A stretch of 64,000 nucleotides of DNA from an uncultured Bacillota bacterium. Lineage in GTDB: Bacteria > Bacillota > Dehalobacteriia > UBA7702. Position 1 is the stretch's first letter. Every line of letters starts with the position of its first letter. Location: NCBI GenBank assembly GCA_902796855.1, contig CADBQN010000049.1:305-64304 (forward strand), given 5' to 3'. The position numbers and the translations under genes are program-made. Shown one piece after another: positions 1 through 8,772 of this stretch. Under the pieces are notes generated by a model that had not been told where the DNA came from, ran no database searches, and saw nothing but the letters and a program-made list of their open reading frames with translations.

Positions 1-1524
1 TTCCCCGTCGTGATCTCGGCCGAGGAAGTAATTGGGCCAGGAAGCCTGCTGGAAGAGGTTCCAGTCGCAGGGAGCGACGGAATACCCGCGGGACTCGTCT
101 TCAAGGCCGTAGCCTTTCAGACGGTTATACGCTTTGACGTAGACGCACTTTCGTTCCCCGGGATATACCTCGCACCAGCCGTCGCGGCTGCCGCCGCAGG
201 CGCCGTTGCGCTGGTGTTTCGGACATTTCGACATCGGGCAGGAAAAGGCCAGCTGGGTCAGGGCGCAGTCGCCGCAGTCCTTGCAGTCGTAAAGCATGAC
301 CTTCGCCATGTGTTCACAGAAGTGATAGGGCCGCATCCAGACGGTGCCGTCGATCAGTTTATAAAATCCGCGCATAAAATTGAAAAGATTCCGTCCCGGC
401 GTCATCATCAGCCAGTGGGTAAAGTGGGAGAGATGATAGACGAACCCCACTTTCATTTCGAGGCTGTCCTTGTCGATTTCCGTCGGTTCCTCCGAATTCA
501 GGCCGGTCTTTTCGTCTCTTTGGAAATAGTAAAACCCGTTTTTCATCGGGAAATCGAATTCATCGACATAGGACTGCCATTGATCGACATATTTTTCACC
601 TTCGTCGAGGATGAAGTCCATTTGTTCCGGTTTCAGGCCGTGCCCGCCGATGTGAGCGCCGGCGAAGCCCATGCCCTTCATGATGCCGTACATCTTCGCC
701 GCCCGGATCAGCCGGGCTTCCAGCCCTTTATCGGCGCTTTCCTTTTCCTTTGCCAGCACTTCCACGAGCTCGTCGGTGACGACGCAGCCGGGGATGCCGT
801 TTTTGTTCATCAGTTTCGCCGTCCCGTAGGGCAGCAGGTAGATGTTCCCCACCAAGGGCACCCGGAGGTCGTTCTTTTTCATAAAGAGCAGCACCTCGTG
901 GAATTTGCGCATATCATACCCCAGCTGGGTGATGATGAATTTCGCACCGCCGTCTCGGATCTTCTTCACCAATTTGTTGTACTGGGCCATCTGCTCCGAT
1001 TCCTGGCTTTTAAAGGGAGAGACGGCGCAGCCGTAGAAGAAATCCGTCGGCTGATTTTTGATGGTCCGGGGCCCGAACTCATATTCCAGCCCCTGATTCA
1101 TCTCGCCCAGCAGCTTGCAGCAGTGGATGGGATCGATGTCAAAAACGGGCTTGGCGCGGCCGCCGTAGGCGTTGTTGACGTAGTCGCCGGTCATCACCAG
1201 CAGGTTGTGGATGTTGCTCCGTTCCATGGCGTAGAGCTGGCTTTCCATCTGCGTGCGGTTCTTGTCTTTGCAGGTGAAGTGTACCAGCGGATCGATCCCG
1301 ATTTCCAAAATCTCCTTGCCCAGGTTCTCCGCGAGAATCGCCGGGTTGCCGCCGGGGCAGTCGGTGATGGTGATGGCGTGGACGCGGGGATCTTTCGCCG
1401 CGTATTTCGCCGTTTCGATCGCTTCTTCCTGGGCTTTCTCTCTGGCGCCGCGGCCCGGAACGATCTCCCAGGTAACGGAGAAGGTTCCGGGATCTAAGAG
1501 AGATTCTTTAAATCTGTTTGTCAT
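1..1524 (-). CDS. metF: Methylenetetrahydrofolate reductase, long form with Cys-rich MTHFR C-terminal (MetV-like) module; 3' end runs off the window
   Basis: Absent from the ORF track because it is truncated by the left edge. The reverse-strand frame opens at ATG 1524 (AAGGAG about 9 nt upstream) and stays open for 508 codons to base 1. The translation reads MTNRFKESLLDPGTFSVTWEIVPGRG...HFTCKDKNRTQMESQLYAMERSNIHNLLVMTGD...FIITQLGYD (MTHFR fold). It ends with CKDCGDCALTQLAFSCPMSKCPKHQRNGACGGSRDGWCE, a Cys cluster. Confidence 0.8.
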   Translation of the reverse strand, partial: MTNRFKESLLDPGTFSVTWEIVPGRGAREKAQEEAIETAKYAAKDPRVHAITITDCPGGNPAILAENLGKEILEIGIDPLVHFTCKDKNRTQMESQLYAMERSNIHNLLVMTGDYVNNAYGGRAKPVFDIDPIHCCKLLGEMNQGLEYEFGPRTIKNQPTDFFYGCAVSPFKSQESEQMAQYNKLVKKIRDGGAKFIITQLGYDMRKFHEVLLFMKKNDLRVPLVGNIYLLPYGTAKLMNKNGIPGCVVTDELVEVLAKEKESADKGLEARLIRAAKMYGIMKGMGFAGAHIGGHGLKPEQMDFILDEGEKYVDQWQSYVDEFDFPMKNGFYYFQRDEKTGLNSEEPTEIDKDSLEMKVGFVYHLSHFTHWLMMTPGRNLFNFMRGFYKLIDGTVWMRPYHFCEHMAKVMLYDCKDCGDCALTQLAFSCPMSKCPKHQRNGACGGSRDGWCEVYPGERKCVYVKAYNRLKGYGLEDESRGYSVAPCDWNLFQQASWPNYFLGRDHDGE

Positions 1525-1667
1525 GAAAAATCAACTCCTTTGTGAGGCGGTCTCCGGGAAGCCGGCGCGGCCGCACCCGGCCTCGTTTCGGTCCGTGACC
1601 CGGCAAGCGCCGGACGCGGCGAAAAACCGACGGCATTTCCCCGCGCGGACGGCGTTTTTGCCGTTGT

Positions 1668-2534
1668 TCAGCCTTTTCGGGCCGCCTGTTTTTCCGCGGC
1701 GATGATGACATGCTTCGCCAAAACGGAAGTCGTTACGCTGCCGACACCGCCGGGAACGGGGGTAATGGCGTCGACGACGCCGTCGGCGTAGGCGAAATCG
1801 ACGTCGCCGACGATTTTCGCGGGGTCGTTGGGATCGGCGTTGATGCCGACATCGATCACGATCTGACCGGGCGCCAGATGCTGCTCACCGACGAGACCGG
1901 CCTTCCCCGCGGCGGAAATGACGATTTCCGCGTTCTTGCAGGGGGTCGAAACGTCCTTCGTGAAGATGTGGCACACCGTCACCGTGGCGAACCGCGTCAG
2001 CAGCAAAACGGAGAGCGGCTTGCCGACGACGGCGCCCCAGCCCACCAGCGCGACACGGGCGCTTTTTACCTCGATGTTGTAATAATCGAGGATTTCCATA
2101 ACCGCTTGGGCGGTGCAGGGCGGGAAACCGTCGCTGCTGCCGTCGTAGACGAGACCGCTGTTGATCGTCGTCATGGCGTCGACGTCCTTTTCCGCGATCA
2201 GCGTGTTGCAGATCTTTTCGGCGTCAAGATGCTCCGGCAGCGGCCGGAACAGCAGCACGCCGTGGACATTGGCGTCTTCGTTCAGATCTTTGATCGCGGT
2301 GATCAGCGTGGTTTCCGCCACGTTCTGATCAAAATAGAGATTGCGGACGGAGATCCCCAGCGAGGCCATTTTTTTCATCGCGCCCCGCTCATAGGCGATA
2401 TCGCTTTCCTTTTCGCCGACGCGGATGATGGCCAGCGTCGGGCGAATGTCGTTCCTTTTCAGCTCTTCCGCGCGCCGGGCCAGCTCTTTCTGCATCGCCT
2501 GGGCGACTTCTTTCCCCGATAATCTTTTTGCCAT
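1668..2534 (-). CDS. folD: Bifunctional methylenetetrahydrofolate dehydrogenase / methenyl-THF cyclohydrolase
   Basis: 288 aa, MAKRLSGKEVAQAMQKEL...PTLAIIRVGEKESDIAYERG...VGWGAVVGKPLSVLL (Rossmann loop)...ITPVPGGVGSVTTSVL. GAGGAGG RBS upstream of ATG 2534. Confidence 0.9.
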   Translation of the reverse strand: MAKRLSGKEVAQAMQKELARRAEELKRNDIRPTLAIIRVGEKESDIAYERGAMKKMASLGISVRNLYFDQNVAETTLITAIKDLNEDANVHGVLLFRPLPEHLDAEKICNTLIAEKDVDAMTTINSGLVYDGSSDGFPPCTAQAVMEILDYYNIEVKSARVALVGWGAVVGKPLSVLLLTRFATVTVCHIFTKDVSTPCKNAEIVISAAGKAGLVGEQHLAPGQIVIDVGINADPNDPAKIVGDVDFAYADGVVDAITPVPGGVGSVTTSVLAKHVIIAAEKQAARKG

Positions 2535-2546
2535 GTTTTTGCCTCC

Positions 2547-3182
2547 TCAGGATGGTTTCAGTTGCTTCAGTACGGAAGCGTAGATCATATCGGCCTTTTC
2601 GGCATAAGTTTCGGCCCGGGCGGCGGTTTCCGCGTTCATCTCTTCGGCGACCGCGCGGTTCTTCATCAGCCGCGTGTTGACGTAAACGTTCAGCGCCGCG
2701 CTGAGCAGCGCCGCCTTGCAGCAGAGCGCTCCGACGCCGACGTCGCTGACGAGCAGCGGATTTCCCTTTTTCAGGAATTCTTCCAGATAATCCACGGCCA
2801 GGCAGCATTCTTCCATGATCTCCAGCGGGACTTTACAGGCGTCCAGCGTCGTCTGTTCCAGCACCCTTTCTTTTTCCCGCCGCTCCGCGACGGTGGTCTC
2901 CTTCATGGCGTAGGCCTTGGAGAGCGGTTCGAACAGGAGCGCGTCTTCATCCATGAGGTCGAGGAGCCGCTTTTGCACCGCGTCGCATTTCAGCTGCAGA
3001 TCGGCGATATCCTCTTCCACGGCGGCGAATTTTTTCTTCCCTTTGGTGAAGCTCCCCACCATGTTGCCAAGGGCGGTGCCGATGGCGCCGACAAAAGCCG
3101 CCGCGCCGCCGCCGCCGGGAACCGGCAGCTTTGCCGCCAGTTCCTCAATGACCTGTTGCGATTTTTTATCCGCGAATCGCAT
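2547..3182 (-). CDS. fchA: Methenyltetrahydrofolate cyclohydrolase / cyclodeaminase-family protein (FTCD_C)
   Basis: 211 aa helical protein with the PVPGGGGAAAFVGAIGTALGNMV motif. GGGAGG RBS. Sits between fhs and folD, as in clostridial methyl-branch clusters. Confidence 0.75.
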   Translation of the reverse strand: MRFADKKSQQVIEELAAKLPVPGGGGAAAFVGAIGTALGNMVGSFTKGKKKFAAVEEDIADLQLKCDAVQKRLLDLMDEDALLFEPLSKAYAMKETTVAERREKERVLEQTTLDACKVPLEIMEECCLAVDYLEEFLKKGNPLLVSDVGVGALCCKAALLSAALNVYVNTRLMKNRAVAEEMNAETAARAETYAEKADMIYASVLKQLKPS

Positions 3183-3199
3183 GCCCGTTCCTCCCTTCG

Positions 3200-4957
3200 T
3201 TAAAACAGACCGTGCACCTTGCCGGTTTCGGTGTCCACGTCCACGTTCATATAAGCCGGGCGGGAGCTCGTTCCGGGCATCAGGGAAATCGCGCCGGCCA
3301 TCGGGCAGAGGAACCGCGCGCCGCCGTAGATCAGGACGTCGCGGATCGGCAGTTTCCAGCCGGTGGGCGCGCCTTTGATCGTCGGATCGTGGGTCAGGCT
3401 CAGGTGGGTCTTCACCATCATCGTGGCGAAATCGTTGTATTTGGGATCGGCCTCAAAGCGCTTCGCCTTTTCTTCCGCCAGTTCCGACCATTCCACGCCG
3501 TCGGCGCCGTAGACTTCTCTGGCGATGCGGTCCACGCGCTGGCGCAGGGGCAGGTCGAGTTCGTAGAGATATTTCAGGTCGACCGGATCGTTGCAGGCGT
3601 CGATGACGGCGTCGGCCAGTTCCAGGGCGCCTTCGCCGCCGTACTGCCAATGGGACGATTTCGCGCAGCGGACGCCGATTTCATCACAGGCGTGACGAAT
3701 GAGATTGATCTCAGCGTCGGTGTCGGTATAGAAGCTGTTGATGCAGACGACGGGGTTGATCCCGGATTTTTTGATGGTGCGGATGTGGTGCATCAGGTTG
3801 CACAGCCCTTTTTCCAGCAGACCGAGGTTTTCTTTGGTGTACTCGTCGGGGAGGGGGTGGCCCGGCGTCACGGTGGGGCCGCCGCCGTGCATCTTCAGCG
3901 CCCGGACGGTGCAGACGAGAACGGAAACATTGGGTTTCAGCCCGGAAATACGGGATTTCACGTTCCAGAATTTTTCAAAACCGATGTCGGCGGCAAAACC
4001 GCTCTCCGTGACGTGGTAATCGAAGAGTTTCAGGGAGAGGCGGTCGCCGATGATGGAAGACTGGCCGATGGCGATGTTGGCGAAAGGGCCGGCGTGAACG
4101 AGACAGGGCTGATGCTCCACACTGTAGCAGAGGGTGGGGTTGATCGTATTGCGCATCCAGGCCGTCATCGCGCCGTCCACCTGCAGGTCGGCGGTGGTGA
4201 CCGGTTTGCCGTTGCGGTCGTAGGCAACGACGATTTCGCTGATGCGCTGACGGAGGTCTTTCAAATCCCGGGCCACGGCGAGGATGGCCATGAGCTCGGA
4301 GCTGACAGAAATACCGAAGCGGCTCCTCATCCGGTAGCCGTCCTTATCGCCGCCGAGGCCGATCTCGATATTGCGCAGGCATTGAGCGGCAAAGTCAATG
4401 ATCCAGCCCATTTCGACCCGTTCCGGGTCGATGTTCAGCCGCTCCAGACCCCGCTCTTTCAGCTGCTCGTCATTGTAGTTCCGCTCATGCTGCATCCGGG
4501 CGTTCAGCGCCACCATCGCCAGGTTGTGGGCGTTGGTGATATCGTTGATGTCGCCGGTCAGCCCGAGGGAAAATTCCGTCATCGGGATCAGCAGGGCGTT
4601 GCCGCCGCCGGCGGCGGTGCCTTTGATGTTCATCGTCGGGCCGCCGGAGGGCTGCCGCAGACAGCCGCCGACGTTGACGCCGCGTTTGCCCAGCCCTTCG
4701 ATGAGCCCCAGCGACGTCGTGGATTTCCCTTCGCCCAGCGGCGTCGGGGTGATGGCGGTGACTTCGATGAATTTTCCGTCGGGACGGTCGCCGAGACGAT
4801 TCATGATTTTTTGGAAATTCAGTTTCGGCGTTCTTCCGTAGGGAATGATCTCATCGGGCTCCAGCCCCATCTTCTCGCGGAATGCTTCTACAGAGGGCAG
4901 TCTCTTCTCAGCGTCTTCGGCGATCTGCCAGTCTTTCATTACAGTGGGATCTAACAT
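3200..4957 (-). CDS. fhs: Formate--tetrahydrofolate ligase
   Basis: Motifs [10 protein letters not shown] and [16 protein letters not shown], with full-length Fhs-like sequence. The track ORF begins at 5104. I place the start at ATG 4957 ([18 protein letters not shown]), which has a purine-rich RBS and removes a 49-aa non-homologous extension. Confidence 0.9.
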   Translation of the reverse strand: MLDPTVMKDWQIAEDAEKRLPSVEAFREKMGLEPDEIIPYGRTPKLNFQKIMNRLGDRPDGKFIEVTAITPTPLGEGKSTTSLGLIEGLGKRGVNVGGCLRQPSGGPTMNIKGTAAGGGNALLIPMTEFSLGLTGDINDITNAHNLAMVALNARMQHERNYNDEQLKERGLERLNIDPERVEMGWIIDFAAQCLRNIEIGLGGDKDGYRMRSRFGISVSSELMAILAVARDLKDLRQRISEIVVAYDRNGKPVTTADLQVDGAMTAWMRNTINPTLCYSVEHQPCLVHAGPFANIAIGQSSIIGDRLSLKLFDYHVTESGFAADIGFEKFWNVKSRISGLKPNVSVLVCTVRALKMHGGGPTVTPGHPLPDEYTKENLGLLEKGLCNLMHHIRTIKKSGINPVVCINSFYTDTDAEINLIRHACDEIGVRCAKSSHWQYGGEGALELADAVIDACNDPVDLKYLYELDLPLRQRVDRIAREVYGADGVEWSELAEEKAKRFEADPKYNDFATMMVKTHLSLTHDPTIKGAPTGWKLPIRDVLIYGGARFLCPMAGAISLMPGTSSRPAYMNVDVDTETGKVHGLF

Positions 4958-5021
4958 GTTTTTGCCTCTCTTTCCTGCTGTCTTCCAGCATTTTGATTCG
5001 CAACTTATAAAAAAATGACGT

Positions 5022-5045
5022 GCCGAACCCCTTTGGGGTTTCGGC
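5022..5045 (-). promoter_or_regulatory. Terminator-like GC hairpin plus U-tract inside the fhs 5' leader (possible attenuator)
   Basis: Reverse strand reads GCCGAAACCCC-AAA-GGGGUUCGGC followed by ACGUCAUUUUUUU. It lies about 60 nt after the predicted promoter and about 55 nt before the fhs ATG. Confidence 0.4.
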
Positions 5046-5089
5046 CCTTTTTTCCATTTTAAAAGTACGCCAACGGAAAGTCTAACAGC

Positions 5090-5118
5090 GAAAAGAAATA
5101 TCATAATTGAAGAAAAGA
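5090..5118 (-). promoter_or_regulatory. Putative sigma-A promoter of fhs
   Basis: Reverse strand TTGGAA (5113-5118), 17-nt spacer, TATGAT (5090-5095). Confidence 0.4.
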
Positions 5119-5162
5119 ATCATTCCAAAACGAATCCCCGCGAAAAAAGCGCAAAAAAAAAG

Positions 5163-5192
5163 CCGGCGTTTCCTTCCCTTGAGAAACACCGG
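5163..5192 (-). terminator. Intrinsic terminator after the LysR gene
   Basis: Reverse strand CCGGUGUUUC...GAAACGCCGG 10-bp stem (one G-U pair) followed by CUUUUUUUUU. Confidence 0.6.
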
Positions 5193-5233
5193 TACAGCGA
5201 TTCTTTTTTCTATTTATTTATATAAGGAACCGC

Positions 5234-6142
5234 TTATACGTTCAGCTTACCTTCTTTTTCAAATTCCTCAAACAGCTTTAAAAAGACCTGCAGCGACGGG
5301 TTGGGATTGTCCGACAGATAGGCCACGGCATAGAAGATATTGAGCTCCGATTCCGTGTTGATGTCGATAAAACGCAGGTGCTCATGTTCGCAGTGACGTC
5401 CGTTGGGCGACAGCAGCGCCGCGCCGAGGCCCACTTCCACCATCATCAGCAGTGAATCCATGTCGGTGGGAACGTCCAGAATGTTCGGGCGGAACCCCAT
5501 TTCCAGACAGACCGATTCCACCTCCTGCCTTACCTGGGGATACATTTTTTCGTTCAGCACGATAAAACGCTCGTTGGCGAAGGCCTGGGGATCCACGATC
5601 TCCTCGGCGGCAAGGGGATGTTCCTCGTTCACGACGAGACACAGGCGATGGGAAGCGTATTTCTTTATGACGATATTCGGGGTGTCTTTTACTTCGCAGG
5701 GATAACTGACGATGACGTCAAGGTCGCCCTCGCGAAGACCGTTGTACAGTTCGACCAGGTTGTTCCGGCAGGGAACGATCTCCACCCGGGGATTTCTGTT
5801 ATGGAAGATCCGCAGAAGATCCGGCAGGAACCGCTTTTCGGCGTAGGATAGAAAACCGACGCGGAGCTGGCCCGTGTAATCCATTGAGGCGACGGAGCTC
5901 CAAAAAACGGCATGATCGAATTTCCTGAGCAGGTTCGTGGCTTCTTCCAAAAAGACCTTGCCGCCGGGGGTCAGTTCCACGCGGCGGTTATTCCGGTAAA
6001 ACAACTTAAAACCGAGTTCTTCCTCCATTTTAGAAATATGCTGACTCATGGCGGTCTGCGAAATATAACATTCCTTGGCGGCACGGGTAAAGTTCATATG
6101 TTTCGCGACACTGACAAAATATTTCAAACAACGGATATCCAT
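5234..6142 (-). CDS. LysR-family transcriptional regulator
   Basis: N-terminal wHTH MDIRCLKYFVSVAKHMNFTRAAKECYISQTAMSQHISKMEEELGFKLFYRNNRRVELTPGG plus a periplasmic-binding-like C-terminal domain. Start moved from 6298 to ATG 6142, the canonical LysR N-terminus. Confidence 0.85.
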   Translation of the reverse strand: MDIRCLKYFVSVAKHMNFTRAAKECYISQTAMSQHISKMEEELGFKLFYRNNRRVELTPGGKVFLEEATNLLRKFDHAVFWSSVASMDYTGQLRVGFLSYAEKRFLPDLLRIFHNRNPRVEIVPCRNNLVELYNGLREGDLDVIVSYPCEVKDTPNIVIKKYASHRLCLVVNEEHPLAAEEIVDPQAFANERFIVLNEKMYPQVRQEVESVCLEMGFRPNILDVPTDMDSLLMMVEVGLGAALLSPNGRHCEHEHLRFIDINTESELNIFYAVAYLSDNPNPSLQVFLKLFEEFEKEGKLNV

Positions 6143-6164
6143 AGGTTGATCACCACTTTTCTCT

Positions 6165-6177
6165 ATTGGATTCCAAT
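6165..6177. promoter_or_regulatory. Palindrome ATTGGA-T-TCCAAT upstream of lysR (candidate LysR box)
   Basis: Perfect 6-bp arms around one central base, 23-35 nt upstream of the lysR ATG. Confidence 0.35.
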
Positions 6178-6229
6178 TCGGTTTTCCCCTCAAATATGAT
6201 TTCTTTTCCCAAACGCGGCAAACATCACG

Positions 6230-6244
6230 ATTGGGATTTCCAAT
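6230..6244. promoter_or_regulatory. Palindrome ATTGGGA-T-TTCCAAT (T-N11-A type) upstream of lysR
   Basis: Arms match at 6 of 7 positions. Same half-site as 6165-6177, with centres about 66 bp apart. Fits the T-N11-A LysR-box pattern. Confidence 0.35.
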
Positions 6245-6606
6245 GATACCTCCTTCCCCCCGTCTTATATACTCATTATACCGTGGGGAAACTTTCAAAG
6301 TCTAACAGTTTTATCCAATCAAACCAGCTTAAAGGGTAATGTGAGTGAAAAAATTTCGACTTTCGCCCCCGTTTTTTCATAAAAAGGAGGAATGATTCCA
6401 CAAAAAAACAGCGCCGGATACATATTTTACCAGCGCTTTCTTTTTTGCCGTCACAAAGCGAACATATTAAAAAAGTGACAAAAGTCGACAAAATATTGAT
6501 ACGTTTTTCCAATGCCGCCATAAAAAACCCCCATCATTCCGGTCAGCGGCGTATGTTAAACGTGACCGAAACGACGGGGATATTCAGCGTTAAACGGGCG
6601 GAACGC

Positions 6607-7413
6607 TTATTTTTTCGCCCGCAGATAGGTCAGATAATAGAACATCGCGACGAAGATACCGCCGCCGACGATGTTGCCGAGGGTCACGGGAATGAGGTTC
6701 CTCACGAAAAAGGCGGAAAGCGTCAGCGAAGCGACGCTGCCTTTCGCCGCCAGCAGACCGAGGGGGATGAAGAACATATTGGCGACGCTGTGCTCAAAAC
6801 CGCAGAGCACAAAGGTAAAGATCGGGAAAAAACAGGCAAAGATCTTGCCGGCGATATCCTGGGCGCCGACGGACATCCACACCGCCACGCAGACCAGCCA
6901 GTTGCAGCCAACGCCCCGCAGAAACGCCGCGGCCCAGCTGTAGCCGACTTTCGTTTCCGCCACGGCGACAGCCTTCGTCCCAAAGGCCGTCAAAGCGCCG
7001 TCCTGGAACAGATAGCCGCCCCAATAGACAATGGCCGCCAGAACCAAAGCGCCGATGAAATTGGTAAAGAAAACGGCGGTCCAGTTCCGAACCAGCTCCA
7101 AAGCCCTGGTCCGACCGGCGAAAAAGGAAACGGCGACATACATATTGTTGCCGGTGAAAAGCTCCGCCCCGGCGATGACCACCATCATCAGACCGACGGC
7201 GAAAACCGCCGCTCCGGCCGCTTTGTTCAGACCCGACGCAGCCCAGTCACCGACCCAGCCGGCGCTGACGGTGAGACAGGCCAAAGCGGCAAAAGCGATG
7301 TACGCCCCGGCCAAAATCCCCGGCCAGAAAATGGCGGACACCGTCATTTTCCCCTTCTTTTCACCGATGGTCAGAGCCGTTTCGGCGATTTCTTTCGGCG
7401 GCAAAAAACTCAC
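6607..7413 (-). CDS. focA: Formate/nitrite transporter (FNT) family channel, probably a formate channel
   Basis: 268 aa with about 6 TM segments and the FNT signature FFPIFTFVLCGFEHSVANMFFIPLG. GTG start at 7413 with an AGAGGGGA RBS. Context of formate-THF ligase. Confidence 0.8.
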   Translation of the reverse strand: MSFLPPKEIAETALTIGEKKGKMTVSAIFWPGILAGAYIAFAALACLTVSAGWVGDWAASGLNKAAGAAVFAVGLMMVVIAGAELFTGNNMYVAVSFFAGRTRALELVRNWTAVFFTNFIGALVLAAIVYWGGYLFQDGALTAFGTKAVAVAETKVGYSWAAAFLRGVGCNWLVCVAVWMSVGAQDIAGKIFACFFPIFTFVLCGFEHSVANMFFIPLGLLAAKGSVASLTLSAFFVRNLIPVTLGNIVGGGIFVAMFYYLTYLRAKK

Positions 7414-7569
7414 TGTGTTTCCCCTCTTTTCGAATCCCTTCCGTAACGATCGACATCGTAAACGAAAAGGAAAAATCTCTTTCCGTTTCTATTTCGACTT
7501 TTTATCGTCATATTCCTGCTTTATTCTTCTGTTCAGAAAAAAATTCTACAAGAGAGAAAAAGAATGGCG

Positions 7570-8760
7570 TTACCGCGGGGAGAACACCGCCATGGCCCGG
7601 GGCAGAATCCCGGTGAGGTGGCTGATGGCGATACCGTAGTTGGTCACCGGCACCGCGGCGTCCACGGCGCAGCCGACGCGGAACATCATTTCCCGCCGGT
7701 TCAGCGTACAGCCGCCGCAGTGGAGGACGAGACGGTAGGCCGAGAGATCCGGGGGAAATTCCACGCCGCTGGTAAAATCAAAGACGAGCTTTTTCCCCGA
7801 ATGATGCTCCAGCCAGCGGGGAAGCTTCACCGTGCCGATATCCTCGCACTGACGGTGATGGGTACAGCCCTCGGCGATGAGGATCCGGTCGCCGTCTTCC
7901 AAATGATCCAGCGTTTTCGCGCCTTCCGCCAAGGTGAAGAGCTCCCCTTTATGGCGGGCGAAGAGGATGGAAAAGGACGTCAGCGCCACGGTCTCCGGCA
8001 CAATGGCCGCGGCCTTTTCAAAGACCTGGCTGTCGGTGACCACGAGCCGCGGCGGCGACGCCATGGCGGCCAGCGTTTCCGCCAGGGTGTTGTCCTTCGT
8101 GACCACAGCCGTGGCGTCACTGTCGAGGATATCACGGATCGTCTGCTGCTGCGGCAGGATCAGCCGGCCCTTCGGCGCCGCCTTGTCCACGGGCACGACG
8201 AGGACGACGCTGTCCCCGGCGGAAATCAGATCGGAAATGATCGGGAACTCCGCCTTTTCCTCAACGGATTTGGCGGCGATGCGCTCTTTCAGCTCAAAAA
8301 TATGGTACGAGGTGGCGGCGGAAACGTAGATCGTGTCCGCGTCGCTCTCCGCGGGAATTTCCCCAAGGAGATCCGCCTTGTTCATTACGATGAGATAGGG
8401 AATTTCCTTTTTTTTGATCCGCTCCAAAATGACGCGGTCTTCCCGGCTCATACCCCGGGCGGCGTCGACGACGAGAACGGCAATATCGGTTCGGTTCAGC
8501 TCCTGATAGGCTTTGGCCATCCGCAGCTCCCCCAAGTCACCGACATCGTCAAGGCCGGGGGTGTCAATGAGGAGCACCGGGCCGAGGGGCAAGAGCTCCA
8601 TGGCTTTTTTCACCGGGTCCGTCGTCGTCCCCTTTGTCTCGGAAACGATGGCCAGATCCTGCCCGGTAACGGCGTTGATCAGACTGGATTTCCCGGCGTT
8701 GCGGCAGCCGAAAATGCCGATATGGACGCGGTCCCCGGAGGGGGTATCGTTTAAACTCAT
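7570..8760 (-). CDS. hydF: [FeFe]-hydrogenase H-cluster maturation GTPase
   Basis: G1 loop GCRNAGKSS and G3 DTPG. C-terminal cluster ligands EGCTHH...HCGGC typical of HydF. Confidence 0.9.
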   Translation of the reverse strand: MSLNDTPSGDRVHIGIFGCRNAGKSSLINAVTGQDLAIVSETKGTTTDPVKKAMELLPLGPVLLIDTPGLDDVGDLGELRMAKAYQELNRTDIAVLVVDAARGMSREDRVILERIKKKEIPYLIVMNKADLLGEIPAESDADTIYVSAATSYHIFELKERIAAKSVEEKAEFPIISDLISAGDSVVLVVPVDKAAPKGRLILPQQQTIRDILDSDATAVVTKDNTLAETLAAMASPPRLVVTDSQVFEKAAAIVPETVALTSFSILFARHKGELFTLAEGAKTLDHLEDGDRILIAEGCTHHRQCEDIGTVKLPRWLEHHSGKKLVFDFTSGVEFPPDLSAYRLVLHCGGCTLNRREMMFRVGCAVDAAVPVTNYGIAISHLTGILPRAMAVFSPR

Positions 8761-8772
8761 GCTTTCACGTCC

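Noticed and set aside
10-1497. 495-aa forward-strand ORF listed first in the track
   Set aside because: Its translation is low-complexity and rich in Gly/Ala/Val/Arg, with no RBS. It is the mirror frame of a well-formed reverse-strand MTHFR gene with clear motifs and an AAGGAG RBS. That gene is missing from the track only because it runs off the window edge.
1525-5233. THF or ZTP (pfl) riboswitch upstream of fhs, folD or metF
   Set aside because: I looked for the ZTP pseudoknot core (GGGUCGUGAC...CCGCCUGGGC-like) and the THF core (CGCGUUAAG...GGGAUG...CAUCCGC-like) in the leaders and intergenic gaps and did not find them. Only a generic hairpin is present in the fhs leader, reported separately.
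3212-8754. Long forward-strand ORFs opposite fhs (3212-4954), focA (6445-7446) and hydF (7564-8754)
   Set aside because: These are shadow ORFs. The reverse-strand products carry diagnostic motifs: Fhs P-loop, FNT signature and HydF GTPase/CxH...HCxxC.
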